Origin: an uncultured delta proteobacterium
Lineage (GTDB): Bacteria > Desulfobacterota > RBG-13-43-22
Direction of reading: 5' to 3'
Length of the DNA stretch: 64,000 nt
NCBI GenBank assembly: GCA_963790475.1
Contig: CAWBOS010000010.1
Span: 864,001 to 928,000, forward strand
Below, in pieces: positions 50,052 to 61,267 of the stretch. Below the pieces are notes generated by a model. That model was not told the origin of the DNA. It ran no database searches and worked only from the letters and a program-made list of their open reading frames with translations. The stretch's first letter is position 1, and the number at the start of each line of letters is the position of its first letter. A program made the translations under genes and the position numbers.

Positions 50052-50960
50052 TCACAACCTCGCCAGCTCTTCCTCGTAACTTTTTACCCAGCCATCGGCA
50101 CCGATATCGCGCATCAGTTCGATGGCTTTTCCCAGCTTTTCTTTGGCCTGGGCCAGGTCGCCCTTCTTCTTGAAGAATTCGGCGTAGAAGGCGTAGTCAA
50201 GGCCTAAATGCCATCTCATCTTATTTTTCGCATCAGCGGAGATCGCTTTTATTATCCAGTCTTCACTTTTTGAAAAATAAGAGGGGTTGGCATTCATCAG
50301 AATTTCGGCCATATATCGATTCAGAGTCCCCTCCTGAATCTTTATTTTATTTTGAATAATGGAGAAAGACAATGATGCCAGATCAAAAAAGTGTTCACCC
50401 GCGAACACCTTTGCCCTTAACATTGCTACCTTATTCAGGATCAACCAGCTTGGCATCACCTTTTTGTTTTCGAGTGCTGCGATAGAGTTCGCATAATAAG
50501 AGATGGCCTCTGGATAATTCCCTAATTGAAAGGAAACTTCACCCAGAAAGTAATTTCCTGCAACCAGCCACCAAAATTGATTTATATTCCGATTTACCTC
50601 GTTTCCCTTGAGAAGATTTGTCATCGCAGGCTCCCAACGCCCTTTCCCAAAACAGGAAATCCCATAGCCGGAATAAGCAAAGATCTTTAGTCTATGGTTC
50701 CCAAGATTGTAAACAACCTGGAAACCATTCTCCCGGAGTCGTGGCTCTGGGCCAATTCAATGATCGGTTCAATGGCCTTTTCTGCCTCATGGAAGTAATT
50801 CATCTCCAGGAAACGGAGTCCTAGATTAGTCCTGGCGTCTATGACTCTTTTTTGAATATCTTCGGTTTGAGGTAATTTATCAAGGCAGGAGATTGTTCTT
50901 TCGGTATATAAAATCGCTTCGTTAATCGAACTACTTTTGGTTGCTTTATGGGCAGCCATT
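50052..50960 (-). pseudogene. C-terminal TPR remnant of a large (adenylate cyclase/AAA-TPR-type) protein
   Basis: Two broken ORFs; terminal YAEFFKKKGD..AKEKL.KAIE...GADGWV..YEEELARL motif. Confidence 0.6.
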
Positions 50961-51155
50961 CTTGAATGCTCGGCAGATAATAGCTTTAGTAATCAATAGA
51001 GGATCGTAGGCAAAGGAAACGGCTGCATGCCCGGATGGATCTTTTGAGTATTGAATCCTGGCCATAAATTGTCTCAAGATTCTAAGGGGAAGAGTTAAAA
51101 GAACATAACTACTGACGATTGAACAGCATAACCGACTAATTTGTCAATAAAATTA

Positions 51156-51184
51156 TTGACAGCAAATGTTTTTAATATTATACT
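51156..51184 (+). promoter_or_regulatory. sigma70 promoter of hisI-hisG (very short leader)
   Basis: TTGACA-N17-TATACT ending 9 bp before the ATG. Confidence 0.7.
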
Positions 51185-51193
51185 TTAAGACTT

Positions 51194-51578
51194 ATGGAAA
51201 TTAAACTTAACTTCGAAAAAGGAAACGGCCTTCTTCCGGCCATTGCCCAGGACTGGATGACCGGACAGGTACTGATGATGGCCTTTATGAACCGGGAGGC
51301 CTGGGAAAAGACCTTGTCCACAGGGAAGGTCCACTACTGGAGCCGTTCCCGAAATGAACTGTGGTTTAAAGGCGGCACTTCCGGGCATGTTCAGGAAGTC
51401 AAGGAAATCCTCATTGACTGTGATGGGGATACTATCCTGTTGAAAGTGGATCAAATAGGCGGGGGGAGCCTGTCATACAGGCTATAAGAGTTGTTTTTTT
51501 CAGAAAATTAAAGAAGACGGGACCGTGGAAGTTTGCGGCGAAAAAGCTTTCGATCCCGAGGAGGTCTATAAAAAGTGA
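51194..51578 (+). CDS. hisI: Phosphoribosyl-AMP cyclohydrolase, frameshift in a G run near 51461
   Basis: YWSRSR.ELW.KG.TSGH.Q, DCDGD, then [11 protein letters not shown] in the shifted frame. Confidence 0.92.
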
Positions 51579-52447
51579 ACCTTCTAAAACTGGGCATCCC
51601 CAAGGGGAGCCTTCAGGAAGCAACCATCAATCTGTTTACAAAATCAGGCTGGAAGATCAATCTCAACGGCCGGAATTATTTTCCGGAAATCGATGACCCG
51701 GAAATCCAATGCTCCATTTGCCGGGCACAGGAGATGTCCCGCTATGTGGAAAACGGGACCATTGATGTAGGTCTGACCGGGAAAGATTGGACCCTGGAAA
51801 ACAATTCCAAGGTCAAAGTAGTGGCCGATCTTTTGTATTCCAAGGTCAGCCATCGTCCGGCCCGCTGGGTCCTGGCCGTGGCCAATGACTCAAAGTATAA
51901 AAAAATCGAGGACCTGAGCGGGAAAAAAATCGCCACCGAGTTAGTTAATTTTACCCGTCGGTATTTTACCGAAAAAGGCATTCCCGTGCAGGTTGAGTTC
52001 TCCTGGGGGGCCACAGAGGGTAAAATAATTTCCGGTCTGGCTGATGCCATTGTAGAGGTGACTGAGACCGGCAGCACCATCCGGGCCCATGGTTTGAAAA
52101 TTATCCACGAATTGATGCAATCCAATACCCAGATCATCGCCAGCCGGGACTCCTGGAAGGACCCCTGGAAAAAAGAAAAAATCAAACAGATTGTTTTGTT
52201 ATTGCAGGGTGCCTTAAGGGCCGAAAAGATGGTTGGCCTTAAAATGAATGTCCCGGCCAACAAACTCAAGGACGTGGTGGCCATCCTTCCCAGTCTGAAT
52301 GCCCCGACTATCGCTAATCTTTATAACAGCGACTGGTTGTCGGTGGAGACCGTGGTCGAGGAATCTCAGGTCAGGGAATTGATTCCTCAATTGATTCACC
52401 GGGGTGCTGAAGGGATCATTGAATATCCGCTGAATAAATTGATTTGA
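51575..52447 (+). CDS. hisG: ATP phosphoribosyltransferase (long form)
   Basis: [28 protein letters not shown]-terminal regulatory domain GAEGIIE. Confidence 0.95.
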   Translation: MNLLKLGIPKGSLQEATINLFTKSGWKINLNGRNYFPEIDDPEIQCSICRAQEMSRYVENGTIDVGLTGKDWTLENNSKVKVVADLLYSKVSHRPARWVLAVANDSKYKKIEDLSGKKIATELVNFTRRYFTEKGIPVQVEFSWGATEGKIISGLADAIVEVTETGSTIRAHGLKIIHELMQSNTQIIASRDSWKDPWKKEKIKQIVLLLQGALRAEKMVGLKMNVPANKLKDVVAILPSLNAPTIANLYNSDWLSVETVVEESQVRELIPQLIHRGAEGIIEYPLNKLI

Positions 52448-52534
52448 AACGTTAAAAACGTTCGTCGTTTCCCGCCAGGGTCTGGATTCGGCGTTCGTCG
52501 AAATAAGAAAATCCGATAGATTCATCAAGAATAG

Positions 52535-53389
52535 TTGAGAGGGAAAATCCTTATGATAACGGCCACTGACTTTGGGTTAAACAAGGGCGATACTCATGGG
52601 GTTAACGCTGAAGACCAAATCCCGCCTTTGGCGAGAAAATCCGAACGGAAAATCGGATGGATCGTTTTCTTTTTGCTGTTGGCCTTCTTTACGGCCTGTT
52701 CCACTTCCCAGCAACGGAAGGATGATGCCGTAACCCGTATGCGCTTAGGAAATTCAATGCTCCGGGAAGGGCGTCCCACCCAGGCCCTGGCCGAATTGGT
52801 CAAAGCTAATGACCTGGACCCGAATAATCCGGTTATACGCAATGTCTTGGGCATAGCCTATTTGGAAAAAGGCATGGTCCGGCAGGCCATTAACCAATTC
52901 GAGAAGGCCCTTTACCTGGATCCCGGCTATGTAGAGGTCCATAATAATCTGGGAACGGCCCTGCTCCGGGACCAAAGGGTGAAGGAGGCCATTGCCGAAT
53001 TTAACAAGGCCCTGGAAGATCCTATGTATACTACCCCGCATTTTGCTCAATATAATTTGGGACAAGCCTATTTTGCTTTGAAGGATTTTGAGCAGGCCCG
53101 GGAACACTATCAGGAGGCTGTTAAACTTTCCCCGAACTACAGTCTGGCCTATCATGGTCTGGGCCTGGCCTGGAAAGCTTTGGGCAATATGAAGGAGGCC
53201 AGCGAAGCCCTGAAAAAAGCTATCGAGTACGCCCCGAAATTCGCCCAAGCCCATTATGATCTGGGAGAAGTCCTGGTCGAATTAAAACAAACTTCCCTGG
53301 CCGTTTTGGCCTTTCGGGAGGTGGTCAACCTGGTTCCTGAAAGTGAGTTAGGGGAAAAGGCCCAACAAAGGTTAAAAGAATTGAAATGA
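52535..53389 (+). CDS. TPR lipoprotein, PilF/PilW-like
   Basis: Lipobox FTAC, tandem TPRs, Y.TP.FA.YNLG; start codon uncertain. Confidence 0.7.
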   Translation: MRGKILMITATDFGLNKGDTHGVNAEDQIPPLARKSERKIGWIVFFLLLAFFTACSTSQQRKDDAVTRMRLGNSMLREGRPTQALAELVKANDLDPNNPVIRNVLGIAYLEKGMVRQAINQFEKALYLDPGYVEVHNNLGTALLRDQRVKEAIAEFNKALEDPMYTTPHFAQYNLGQAYFALKDFEQAREHYQEAVKLSPNYSLAYHGLGLAWKALGNMKEASEALKKAIEYAPKFAQAHYDLGEVLVELKQTSLAVLAFREVVNLVPESELGEKAQQRLKELK

Positions 53390-54066
53390 GAGTCAACGGA
53401 TTCGAATGCGCCTCGGTCTCCAAACGGGCCCGGGAAATAACCCCTTTTATTGCCATGGATGTCCTGGAAACGGCCCAGCTTATGGAGCGGTCGGGGGATT
53501 CGATCATTCATCTTGAAGTAGGAGAACCGGATTTCGATACCCCGGAGTGCATTAAGGAGGCCGCGATCCGGGCCTTGAAAGAAGGAAAAACCCACTATAC
53601 CGACAGCCGGGGAATCATTGAACTCAGGGAGGCAATATCCGCCCACTATTTCCGGCAGTACCGGGTCAGTGTCTCTCCGGATCAAATTATCATTACTTCC
53701 GGAACCTCGCCGGCCATGTTCATGGTCTTTTCGGCCCTCTTGGAACCCGGCCAGGAAATTATTATTTCCGATCCCCATTATGCCTGTTACCCTAATTTCA
53801 TCCAATTCGCTCAGGGAAAACCGGTCAAGGTTCAAGTCCGGGAAGAAGATGGTTTTCAATACTATCCGGAGGAAATCAAAAAACGTATAGGATCTAACAC
53901 CAAAGGGATTTTCATCAATTCCCCATCCAATCCCACCGGAACGCTTCTGTCGGAGGATCGGATGAAGGGGTTGGCCCGATATGAACCTTATATTATTTCG
54001 GATGAGGAAGGAATGAAACGTCTTCAGGTTTATTTGAACCGGGAAGACTACAAATCGATCTCATGA
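53386..54066 (+). pseudogene. Class I/II aminotransferase with an in-frame internal deletion
   Basis: GEPDF, NSPSNPTG, IISDE fused directly to the C-terminal EGMKRL; PLP-lysine region missing. Confidence 0.8.
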
Positions 54067-54647
54067 TCATACGTTCAGCGGAGTTTGTAAAAAGCGGATT
54101 GAAACCCGGTCATTATCCTAAAACCACCCTCCCGGAAATCGCTTTTGCCGGTCGTTCCAATGTGGGCAAATCCTCCCTGATCAATACCTTATTGAGGAGG
54201 AAGGCCCTGGTGCGGACCAGCCGCACACCCGGTCAAACTCGTACCTTGAATTTTTTTTCGATCAATGATACTTTTATGCTGGTTGACCTGCCGGGGTATG
54301 GTTTTTCCCGGGCGTCCAAGGAGGTGATTGAGAACTATCAGGAGTCCATTAAAACCTATCTAAAGACAAGAAGTAATTTGGCTTTGGTGGTCTTGTTGCT
54401 GGATATTCGCCGTGTCCCCAGCCAAGAGGATAAGGCCTTTTTTCAATTGATCGGGACTTGCGGTTTGGAATACTTGATTGTCCTGACCAAATCAGACACC
54501 CTGGGTCGGGGTTCATGGAAAAAGGCCCGGAAGGACATCATTGATGGCTTGGAAGATCCGCAGGGCGAAGCTATCTTTTTTTCAGCCAAAACCGGCCAGG
54601 GCCGCGAAGAGATTTGGGCCGAAATTGAAGGCCGACTCAACCGATAA
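54063..54647 (+). CDS. engB: Ribosome biogenesis GTPase YihA/YsxC
   Basis: GRSNVGKSS, TPGQT, DLPGYG, TKSD, FSA. Confidence 0.95.
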   Translation: MIIRSAEFVKSGLKPGHYPKTTLPEIAFAGRSNVGKSSLINTLLRRKALVRTSRTPGQTRTLNFFSINDTFMLVDLPGYGFSRASKEVIENYQESIKTYLKTRSNLALVVLLLDIRRVPSQEDKAFFQLIGTCGLEYLIVLTKSDTLGRGSWKKARKDIIDGLEDPQGEAIFFSAKTGQGREEIWAEIEGRLNR

Positions 54648-54687
54648 CCCATTTATTCTTAAGTAGAACCATTTGAAGGGAGTTTTT

Positions 54688-55338
54688 ATGAAATCACAAA
54701 AGAAACCGGTTATGGCCATTGGCTTAGGCTTTTTAATTTTTTTCCTCTTTTCCGCCTTTGCCATGGCCGCCCCCCCGGACAACTTTACCTGTAAAATGAC
54801 TTTTATGGGCATGTCTTTGCCCATGGCCAAAATGGGGAATAAGTCCCGTGTGGAAAATGTAATGTTTGGCGGTCTGGTGACCATAAGTTACATGGACCAA
54901 AAGAAGAGCGTCACCATGAATACCAAAAACAAGACCTATTTCGAACAGGCAACTCAAGAGAGGGTTCCTTCGATTTATAACCCCAATGTGGTCATTGATA
55001 AGAAGAAGATCGGGTCGGATACCATAGACGGGCATCCCTGTGTCAAGTACAATGCGGTTTTTTATAACAAAGACAACCCGCAGGATAAATTCACCTCCGT
55101 TCTTTGGGAGGCCCAGGATTTGGGAGGATTGCCCATTAAAAACGAAGTGGTCATTCCTGAAAACAAAAGAAGGGAAGGGGGCCCGGATAAAGTTACTTCC
55201 GAAATGAAAGAGATCAAAATCGGTGCCGCCACGGCCGCCATGTTTGAAGTCCCCAAGGATTACAAGAAAGTCAGCAGCATGAGCGAAGTCATGGGCGGGG
55301 ATATGCGGGAAATGATGAAAAAGATGCAAAAAAAGTAA
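54688..55338 (+). CDS. Secreted protein, DUF4412-like
   Basis: Signal peptide, KIGSDTIDGHPCVKY, FEVPKDYKK. Confidence 0.65.
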   Translation: MKSQKKPVMAIGLGFLIFFLFSAFAMAAPPDNFTCKMTFMGMSLPMAKMGNKSRVENVMFGGLVTISYMDQKKSVTMNTKNKTYFEQATQERVPSIYNPNVVIDKKKIGSDTIDGHPCVKYNAVFYNKDNPQDKFTSVLWEAQDLGGLPIKNEVVIPENKRREGGPDKVTSEMKEIKIGAATAAMFEVPKDYKKVSSMSEVMGGDMREMMKKMQKK

Positions 55339-55395
55339 AACAGGAAGACGTTCGTTAATCGATTTTCATCAGTCTTATTGGAGTGAAGAGGTTTT

Positions 55396-55791
55396 ATGAT
55401 TCGTCCTCTGACCGTATTCTTTTTTTTATTGACCATGATGATTTCTTTGTTGCTTATTTCCTCCTGCGGTACGGGAAAAACCTATCATAAGGGTCCCGTG
55501 AAGGACTACCCTGATTCTTTGGTGGAAAAGTCAAATACCTGGCGGGGCGGGGCTATCGGGGCCCCTTTAGGAAGCCCCATAGAAGGAAAGATAAAAGAAA
55601 TTTCCAACCAGGCCTCGCGCGAAGCGGCCCGGGAAGGAAGACCGGTGGCTTATCTAAGCCTTGATGGATTTCAACGAGTGGAGACTTATCCGGTAGGTAA
55701 AGGCGGATCGACCAAATGCCGTTTAGTCCGAGAGCAAATATTTCAGGAGGGCAAGTTGATTCGGGATGAAATAAAGGAATTTTGTCAATAA
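55396..55791 (+). CDS. Hypothetical lipoprotein with degenerate glycine zipper
   Basis: Lipobox ISSC, GGAIGA. Confidence 0.6.
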   Translation: MIRPLTVFFFLLTMMISLLLISSCGTGKTYHKGPVKDYPDSLVEKSNTWRGGAIGAPLGSPIEGKIKEISNQASREAAREGRPVAYLSLDGFQRVETYPVGKGGSTKCRLVREQIFQEGKLIRDEIKEFCQ

Positions 55792-55885
55792 TTCAAAAAA
55801 GTGACCAGTGACAGGTGACAAGAAAAAACCCTTTAAGCTCCCAATGGTACTTCCTGTCACTTGTCACTTTCCACTTGTCACATAC

Positions 55886-57037
55886 TTAAAGAGATTCCAG
55901 CAATAATTCAGTCAGATCCTTAACGACAATCTGATCTTCTTTTCCGGTCCCTTTGCGGCTGTCTTCAAAAAGGCTGATGCAATAAGGGCAGGCCGTGGCA
56001 AAAACTTCGGCCCCGCGGTCGGCAGCTTCCACCATCTTCTTGTCTGAAAACCGTTGTTCCGGATGGGTTTCCATCCAGATCCGTCCCCCGCCTCCGCCGC
56101 AGCAAAGACTGAAGGCTTTATTCTGGGCAAATTCCATCAACTCCAGATCGGGTATGGCCCGTAGTAGGTCCCGGGGGTCTTCAAAAAGATCATTATGCCG
56201 GCCGAGGTAGCAGGGGTCATGATAGATAACTTTCTTAGCCATGGATTTTTTAGGGGTCAACTTCTCCTCACGAATCAATTTGGTTAAAAACTGAGCGTAA
56301 TGCTGTACTTCAAAATCTCCACCTAATTCTTTGTATTCTTTTGTAAAAGTAGTATAACAATGAGGAGACGTGGTGATGATCTTCTTGACCCCCTTTCCCT
56401 TATAAAGGGCGATATTTTGTTCGGCAATTTTCGAAAATAAGCCTTCATCGCCTATTTTACGGACTGATTCCCCGCAACAGGCCTCTTCATTGCCGATAAT
56501 ACCAAAACTGACCCCGGCCGCTTTTAGTAATTGAACAATAGACTTGGCGATCTTCTGACTCCGTTGCTCAAAAGCCGAAGTGCAGCAGATGAAGAGAAAA
56601 TATTCGGTATCAGGTCCGAAAATGGGTACATCCAGACCTTCGGTCCAATTGATTCTTTTGGTCTTATCTTCGGTCCAGGGATTACCCTGACTGTGAACGC
56701 TGCCCAGAATCGGACGAAGACCCTGAGGGATGGCCCCGGTCTCGGCAATCATGCTGCGCATGGAGCGAATGACATCAACAATTTTTACCTGACGGGGACA
56801 ATTACGGACACAGAGGTTGCACGTGGTACAGGCAAACAGAATATCGTCGGATTCATATCCTTCCATGCCTAATTGACCCATCCGGATGAGTTTCCGGACG
56901 TCAAAAGGGGATCCCTCCACCACACGCCCCCAGGGACAAAGGCCGGCACAGAGTCCGCATTGCATACAGTGATTCAAGGTATCTCCACCTGTGGCTACAA
57001 TAGCCTGATTGACTTCAATAAAGGGGGTTACCGACAT
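55886..57037 (-). CDS. Fe-S oxidoreductase, HdrD/GlpC-like with two CCG domains
   Basis: CMQCGLCAGLCP, CTTCNLCVRNCP, CCGE, YHDPCYLGR, CCGGGG, TACPYC. Confidence 0.9.
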   Translation of the reverse strand: MSVTPFIEVNQAIVATGGDTLNHCMQCGLCAGLCPWGRVVEGSPFDVRKLIRMGQLGMEGYESDDILFACTTCNLCVRNCPRQVKIVDVIRSMRSMIAETGAIPQGLRPILGSVHSQGNPWTEDKTKRINWTEGLDVPIFGPDTEYFLFICCTSAFEQRSQKIAKSIVQLLKAAGVSFGIIGNEEACCGESVRKIGDEGLFSKIAEQNIALYKGKGVKKIITTSPHCYTTFTKEYKELGGDFEVQHYAQFLTKLIREEKLTPKKSMAKKVIYHDPCYLGRHNDLFEDPRDLLRAIPDLELMEFAQNKAFSLCCGGGGGRIWMETHPEQRFSDKKMVEAADRGAEVFATACPYCISLFEDSRKGTGKEDQIVVKDLTELLLESL

Positions 57038-57186
57038 AAAAACAAACTCCTTTCTTTTAATTAATAAATCCTCATCCTATAAGTAATTTTTAGACATTAA
57101 TTTATATAAGCGGTATGAATAACATGCTGGCCAAAGAAAATCAATTTGTAAAAAATTCCTTTGATATTTTTTGTAAGCAGTTTATA

Positions 57187-57233
57187 ATACCACCCGTTGT
57201 AGAATTTATTTTTAACCTCCCAACCCGTAGTAT
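57187..57233 (+). promoter_or_regulatory. Tandem NrdR-box-like sites
   Basis: ataCcAcccgTtGtag and tccCaAcccgTaGtat, starts 31 bp apart, upstream of nrdJ. Confidence 0.5.
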
Positions 57234-57314
57234 TTGGGTCGGTTGAAAGAAAAAAATCTCTATCCCCCTCAAAAAACTCAAAATTAAAATATATTTTGAA
57301 AAAGGAATCAGGTC

Positions 57315-59503
57315 ATGACCTCTCAAACTTCCCCGCTCGTGTTGACTCCCAACGCTAAAATTGTCTTAGACAAGCGTTATCTCAAGAAAGATATCCAAGG
57401 TCAGGTAATCGAAAAACCGGAGGATATGTTCCGCCGTGTTGCTCGGGTGGTGGCCTTGGCCGATGCCCTTTATGGGAAGGAAGACCAAACCCCGAAGACC
57501 GAAGAAGAGTTCTTTCAGGTCATGACCCGTTTGGAATTTTTACCCAATTCTCCCACCCTGATGAATGCCGGGCGGTCTTTAGGCCAACTGTCGGCTTGCT
57601 TTGTCCTGCCGGTCGAGGATTCCATTGACAGTATCTTCGAAGCCATTAAGCAAACCGCCATTATCCACAAAAGCGGCGGGGGAACCGGTTTTTCCTTTTC
57701 CAGGATCCGCCCCGAGAAAGATATGGTTAAATCCACCCACGGTATTTCCAGCGGTCCTATTTCCTTCATGACTGTTTTTGATGTGGCCACGGAAACCATT
57801 AAACAGGGTGGGACCCGAAGGGGGGCCAATATGGGTCTGCTGCGGGTAGACCACCCGGATATAGAAAAATTTATCGAAGCCAAAATACAGACTGACCGGT
57901 TGAATAATTTTAATATTTCGGTTTTAATCACGGACTCTTTTATGGAAGCCTTAGAAAATAAACAAGAATACAACCTGATTAATCCCCACACCGGTCTAAA
58001 GAGCCGGTTCGGTTTCAGCGCAGGCTATCTTTGACAAGATCGTCGATTCGGCCTGGAGGAGCGGGGAGCCGGGAGTGGTATTTATCGACCGGATCAACAG
58101 GGACAACCCTACACCGCACCTGGGCCCCATAGAAGCCACCAATCCCTGCGGTGAACAGCCGCTACTGCCTTACGAGTCCTGCAATCTGGGGTCGATCAAT
58201 CTCTCTCGGATTGTTAAGAAAGGAGAGATTGATTATGTTCGACTTAAAACCCTGGTTCATACCGCCATTCATTTTTTAGATAACGTCATTGATGTTAATA
58301 AATACCCCTTGCCCAAGATTGAAAAGATGAGCAAAGGGAATAGAAAAATCGGGCTGGGCGTTATGGGGTTCGCCGATATGTTGATCCAGCTGAATATCCC
58401 TTACGATACGCCACAGGCCGTGGAAATCGCCGAAAAGGTAATGAGTGTCATCGAAACCGAGTCCGGCCTGGCCTCCGAAAAATTGGCCGCGGAAAGAGGA
58501 AATTTTCCTAATTTCGAGAGTAGCGTCTTCGATCGACCCGAAAGAAATATTTCCGGAATGCGCAACGCTACCACCACAACGATCGCCCCCACCGGGACAA
58601 TCAGCATAATCGCCGGTGCCTCCAGCGGGATTGAACCCTTGTTTGCCGTGTCTTATTACCGGACGGTTTTGGATGGGACCCAAATGGTCGAGGTCAACCC
58701 ATTTTTCAAAAAAATAGCCAAAGAAAAAGGTTTCTATTCCCCGCAACTGATGGAACAGATTGCCCGAGAAGGTTCAATCCGGAACATTCCGGACATTCCC
58801 GAGGATATTAATGCCCTTTTTGCGACCTCTCACGATATCAGCCCGGAAAGCCATATTCAAATTCAAGCTGCTTTTCAAAAATACACGGACAATGCGGTTT
58901 CCAAAACCATTAATTTTCCTCATGAGGCCACACCGGAAGATGTCCAAAATGCCTATTTAACCGCCTACCATCTGGGGTGCAAGGGGGTGACTATCTATCG
59001 TTACGGCAGCCGTGAGACTCAGGTATTGAATCTTACAAAAAGTACTGACAGTTCCAAGATCAGTCCCCGGTCACGCCCGACCCGGACCCTGGGGATTACC
59101 GAACGAATCTCCACCGGCTGCGGCAAACTCTATGTGACTATTAATTCAGACGAAAAGGGTATTTGTGAGGTTTTCGCCCAGATGGGTAAAACCGGGGGGT
59201 GCGCCTCTTCTCAGATTGAGGCCACCGGGAGATTGATTTCCTTAGCCTTACGGTCCGGGGTCAGCCTGCCCTCGATCCTGAAACAGATTTCCGGGAATCC
59301 GCTGTCCATCTCCCACCTGGGGGAACGGCCATCAAGTCCTTTCCTGCCCGGATGCCATTAGCCGGGTGATCATCAACTATACGCAGTCCAAGATAGAAGA
59401 TGAAGACCGGGTGATGGGCTCCTGTCCGGATTGTGGGGGCCAGGTGGTCCATGAAAACGGCTGCCTGACCTGTCATTCCTGTGGGTTTTCGAGGTGTAGT
59501 TAA
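57315..59503 (+). CDS. nrdJ: Class II (B12-dependent) ribonucleotide reductase, frameshifts near 58000 and 59290
   Basis: [49 protein letters not shown], terminal CPDCG...CHSCGFSRC. Confidence 0.92.
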
Positions 59504-59615
59504 GAAAGGTATGAGGTTCAAGGTCTTGTGGTTAAGGGTTTTTGCTGTGCCCATAAACCGTAAACCTTGGACCGTAAACCATATCCTTTTAAACTTTTAC
59601 CCCTAACGAGGATTT

Positions 59616-60357
59616 ATGCAAATACCCGTCATCGATACCCACGTTCATTTGGATCAATTAATTAATCCGGATGACGCCATCCAGGAGGCTCGAATAGCCG
59701 GCCTTTCCGGTCTAATAGCCGTAGGATTGGATATCGCCTCTAATGAAAAAATCCTCTCTTTTTCCAAACGATATGGCGGAGTTGTTTTTCCCGCCATCGG
59801 ATATCATCCCTGGAATATAACTATTTCCGGAATTAGAAACAACTTGGAGTTTATCGAAAAACACTTGGACGAGGCCGTCGCCATCGGCGAGGTGGGATTG
59901 GATTTTAAAATTTCCTTGGCCAGGGAGATCCAGCAGGGCGTTTTTGAGGAAATCTTGGACCTGGCCTGGAAAAGAAATAAGCCGGTCATTGTTCATTCCC
60001 GACTGTCCCACGAAGAATCCTTTGAATCGGTCCGAAAACACAATCTGAAAAAAGCGGTTTTCCACTGGTATAGCGGCCCGATAGACATCTTAAAGGAGTT
60101 GCTGTTAATGGGTTATTATATTTCAGCCACCCCAGCCCTTAATTACAGTCCCAAGCATCGGGAGGCCGTAATCGCCGCGCCGTTGAAACAAATATTAATC
60201 GAGACCGATGCCCCGACCGCCTATCAAGGCCTTGTTTCCACACCGGCCCTGGTGTTAGCAAACACTTAAAGAACTTTCAAGAATTAAAGGAATTGATATC
60301 GAAGAGGCGGCCCGGAAGACCACCCAAAACGCCCGGGATTTTTTCGGCATCGTTTGA
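59616..60357 (+). CDS. TatD family hydrolase, frameshift near 60260
   Basis: DTHVH, GYHP, AIGEVGLD, VHSR, FHWYSG, IETDAP. Confidence 0.9.
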
Positions 60358-60358
60358 T

Positions 60359-61255
60359 ATGTCCGCTCTCTATCCTGCCAAATCCTATCTTGATTTAAAG
60401 GCCATTGCGATTTTGTTGTTCCTCTGCTTCTTATGGGGCGGAAATATGGTGGCCATCAAATTCAGCATCCGGGGGGTGGAACCGATTTTTGCCGCCGGGC
60501 TTCGTTCCCTAATTGCCTCGGGATTAATGCTCTTATGGATGGGCTATCAAAAAGAACCCCTCTTTCCCAGGTCTTTTAAAAAGTTCCACGCCCTGGTTGT
60601 CGGTTTTCTTTTTGGGGTTGAGTTCTGTTTTATCTATCTGGCCATGCGTTATACTTTTGCCGGTCGCGCTTATGTCTTCTTGTATACCGCCCCTTTTGGG
60701 GTCGCTCTGGGGGCCCATTTTCTGCTCACCGGGGACCGACTCACCTGGCGGCGCCTGGGTGGTTTATCTCTGGCTTTTATGGGCCTGGTCATTGTTTTTT
60801 CCGAAGGTATTTTTCGTTATTCAGCCGATGTATTATTCGGAGATTTTCTGATGATTTTGGCCGCCCTGGCCTGGGCGGCCACTACTGTTTACATCAAACG
60901 TTTTTTCACCCAGGACTGTACCCCGTTTCAGACCCTTTTGTACCAACTTCTGTTTTCGATTCCGGTCTTGTTTCTTTTAAGTTTTATCCTGGAAAAAGAT
61001 CCGATTCGCGCTATTGATCTAACGATTATACTTTCTCTTTTTTATCAGACCATCATTGTGGCCTTCTTAAGTTATTGGGCCTGGTTTTATCTGATCCATA
61101 TTTATCCGGTAACCGCCTTGTCGGCCTTTTCTTTTTTCACCCCCATTTTCGGGGTGTTTCTGAGCAGTCTACTGTTGAATGAGCCCCTGAGTATAGGGTT
61201 ATTGATTTCCCTGGCCCTGGTTTCTGTTGGAATATATTGGGTCAATAAACGTTAA
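60359..61255 (+). CDS. EamA/DMT family transporter
   Basis: About ten TMs, LWGGN.VAIK, GDFLMILAALAWA. Confidence 0.9.
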   Translation: MSALYPAKSYLDLKAIAILLFLCFLWGGNMVAIKFSIRGVEPIFAAGLRSLIASGLMLLWMGYQKEPLFPRSFKKFHALVVGFLFGVEFCFIYLAMRYTFAGRAYVFLYTAPFGVALGAHFLLTGDRLTWRRLGGLSLAFMGLVIVFSEGIFRYSADVLFGDFLMILAALAWAATTVYIKRFFTQDCTPFQTLLYQLLFSIPVLFLLSFILEKDPIRAIDLTIILSLFYQTIIVAFLSYWAWFYLIHIYPVTALSAFSFFTPIFGVFLSSLLLNEPLSIGLLISLALVSVGIYWVNKR

Positions 61256-61267
61256 GGAGGATTTCAG

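Noticed and set aside
19039-60357. Programmed frameshifting or mass pseudogenisation of hisI, glgC, nrdJ, livH, TatD and MsrPQ-like genes
   Set aside because: Breaks are isolated small indels, often in homopolymer runs, in otherwise conserved genes; sequencing error is more parsimonious, though reads are needed to confirm
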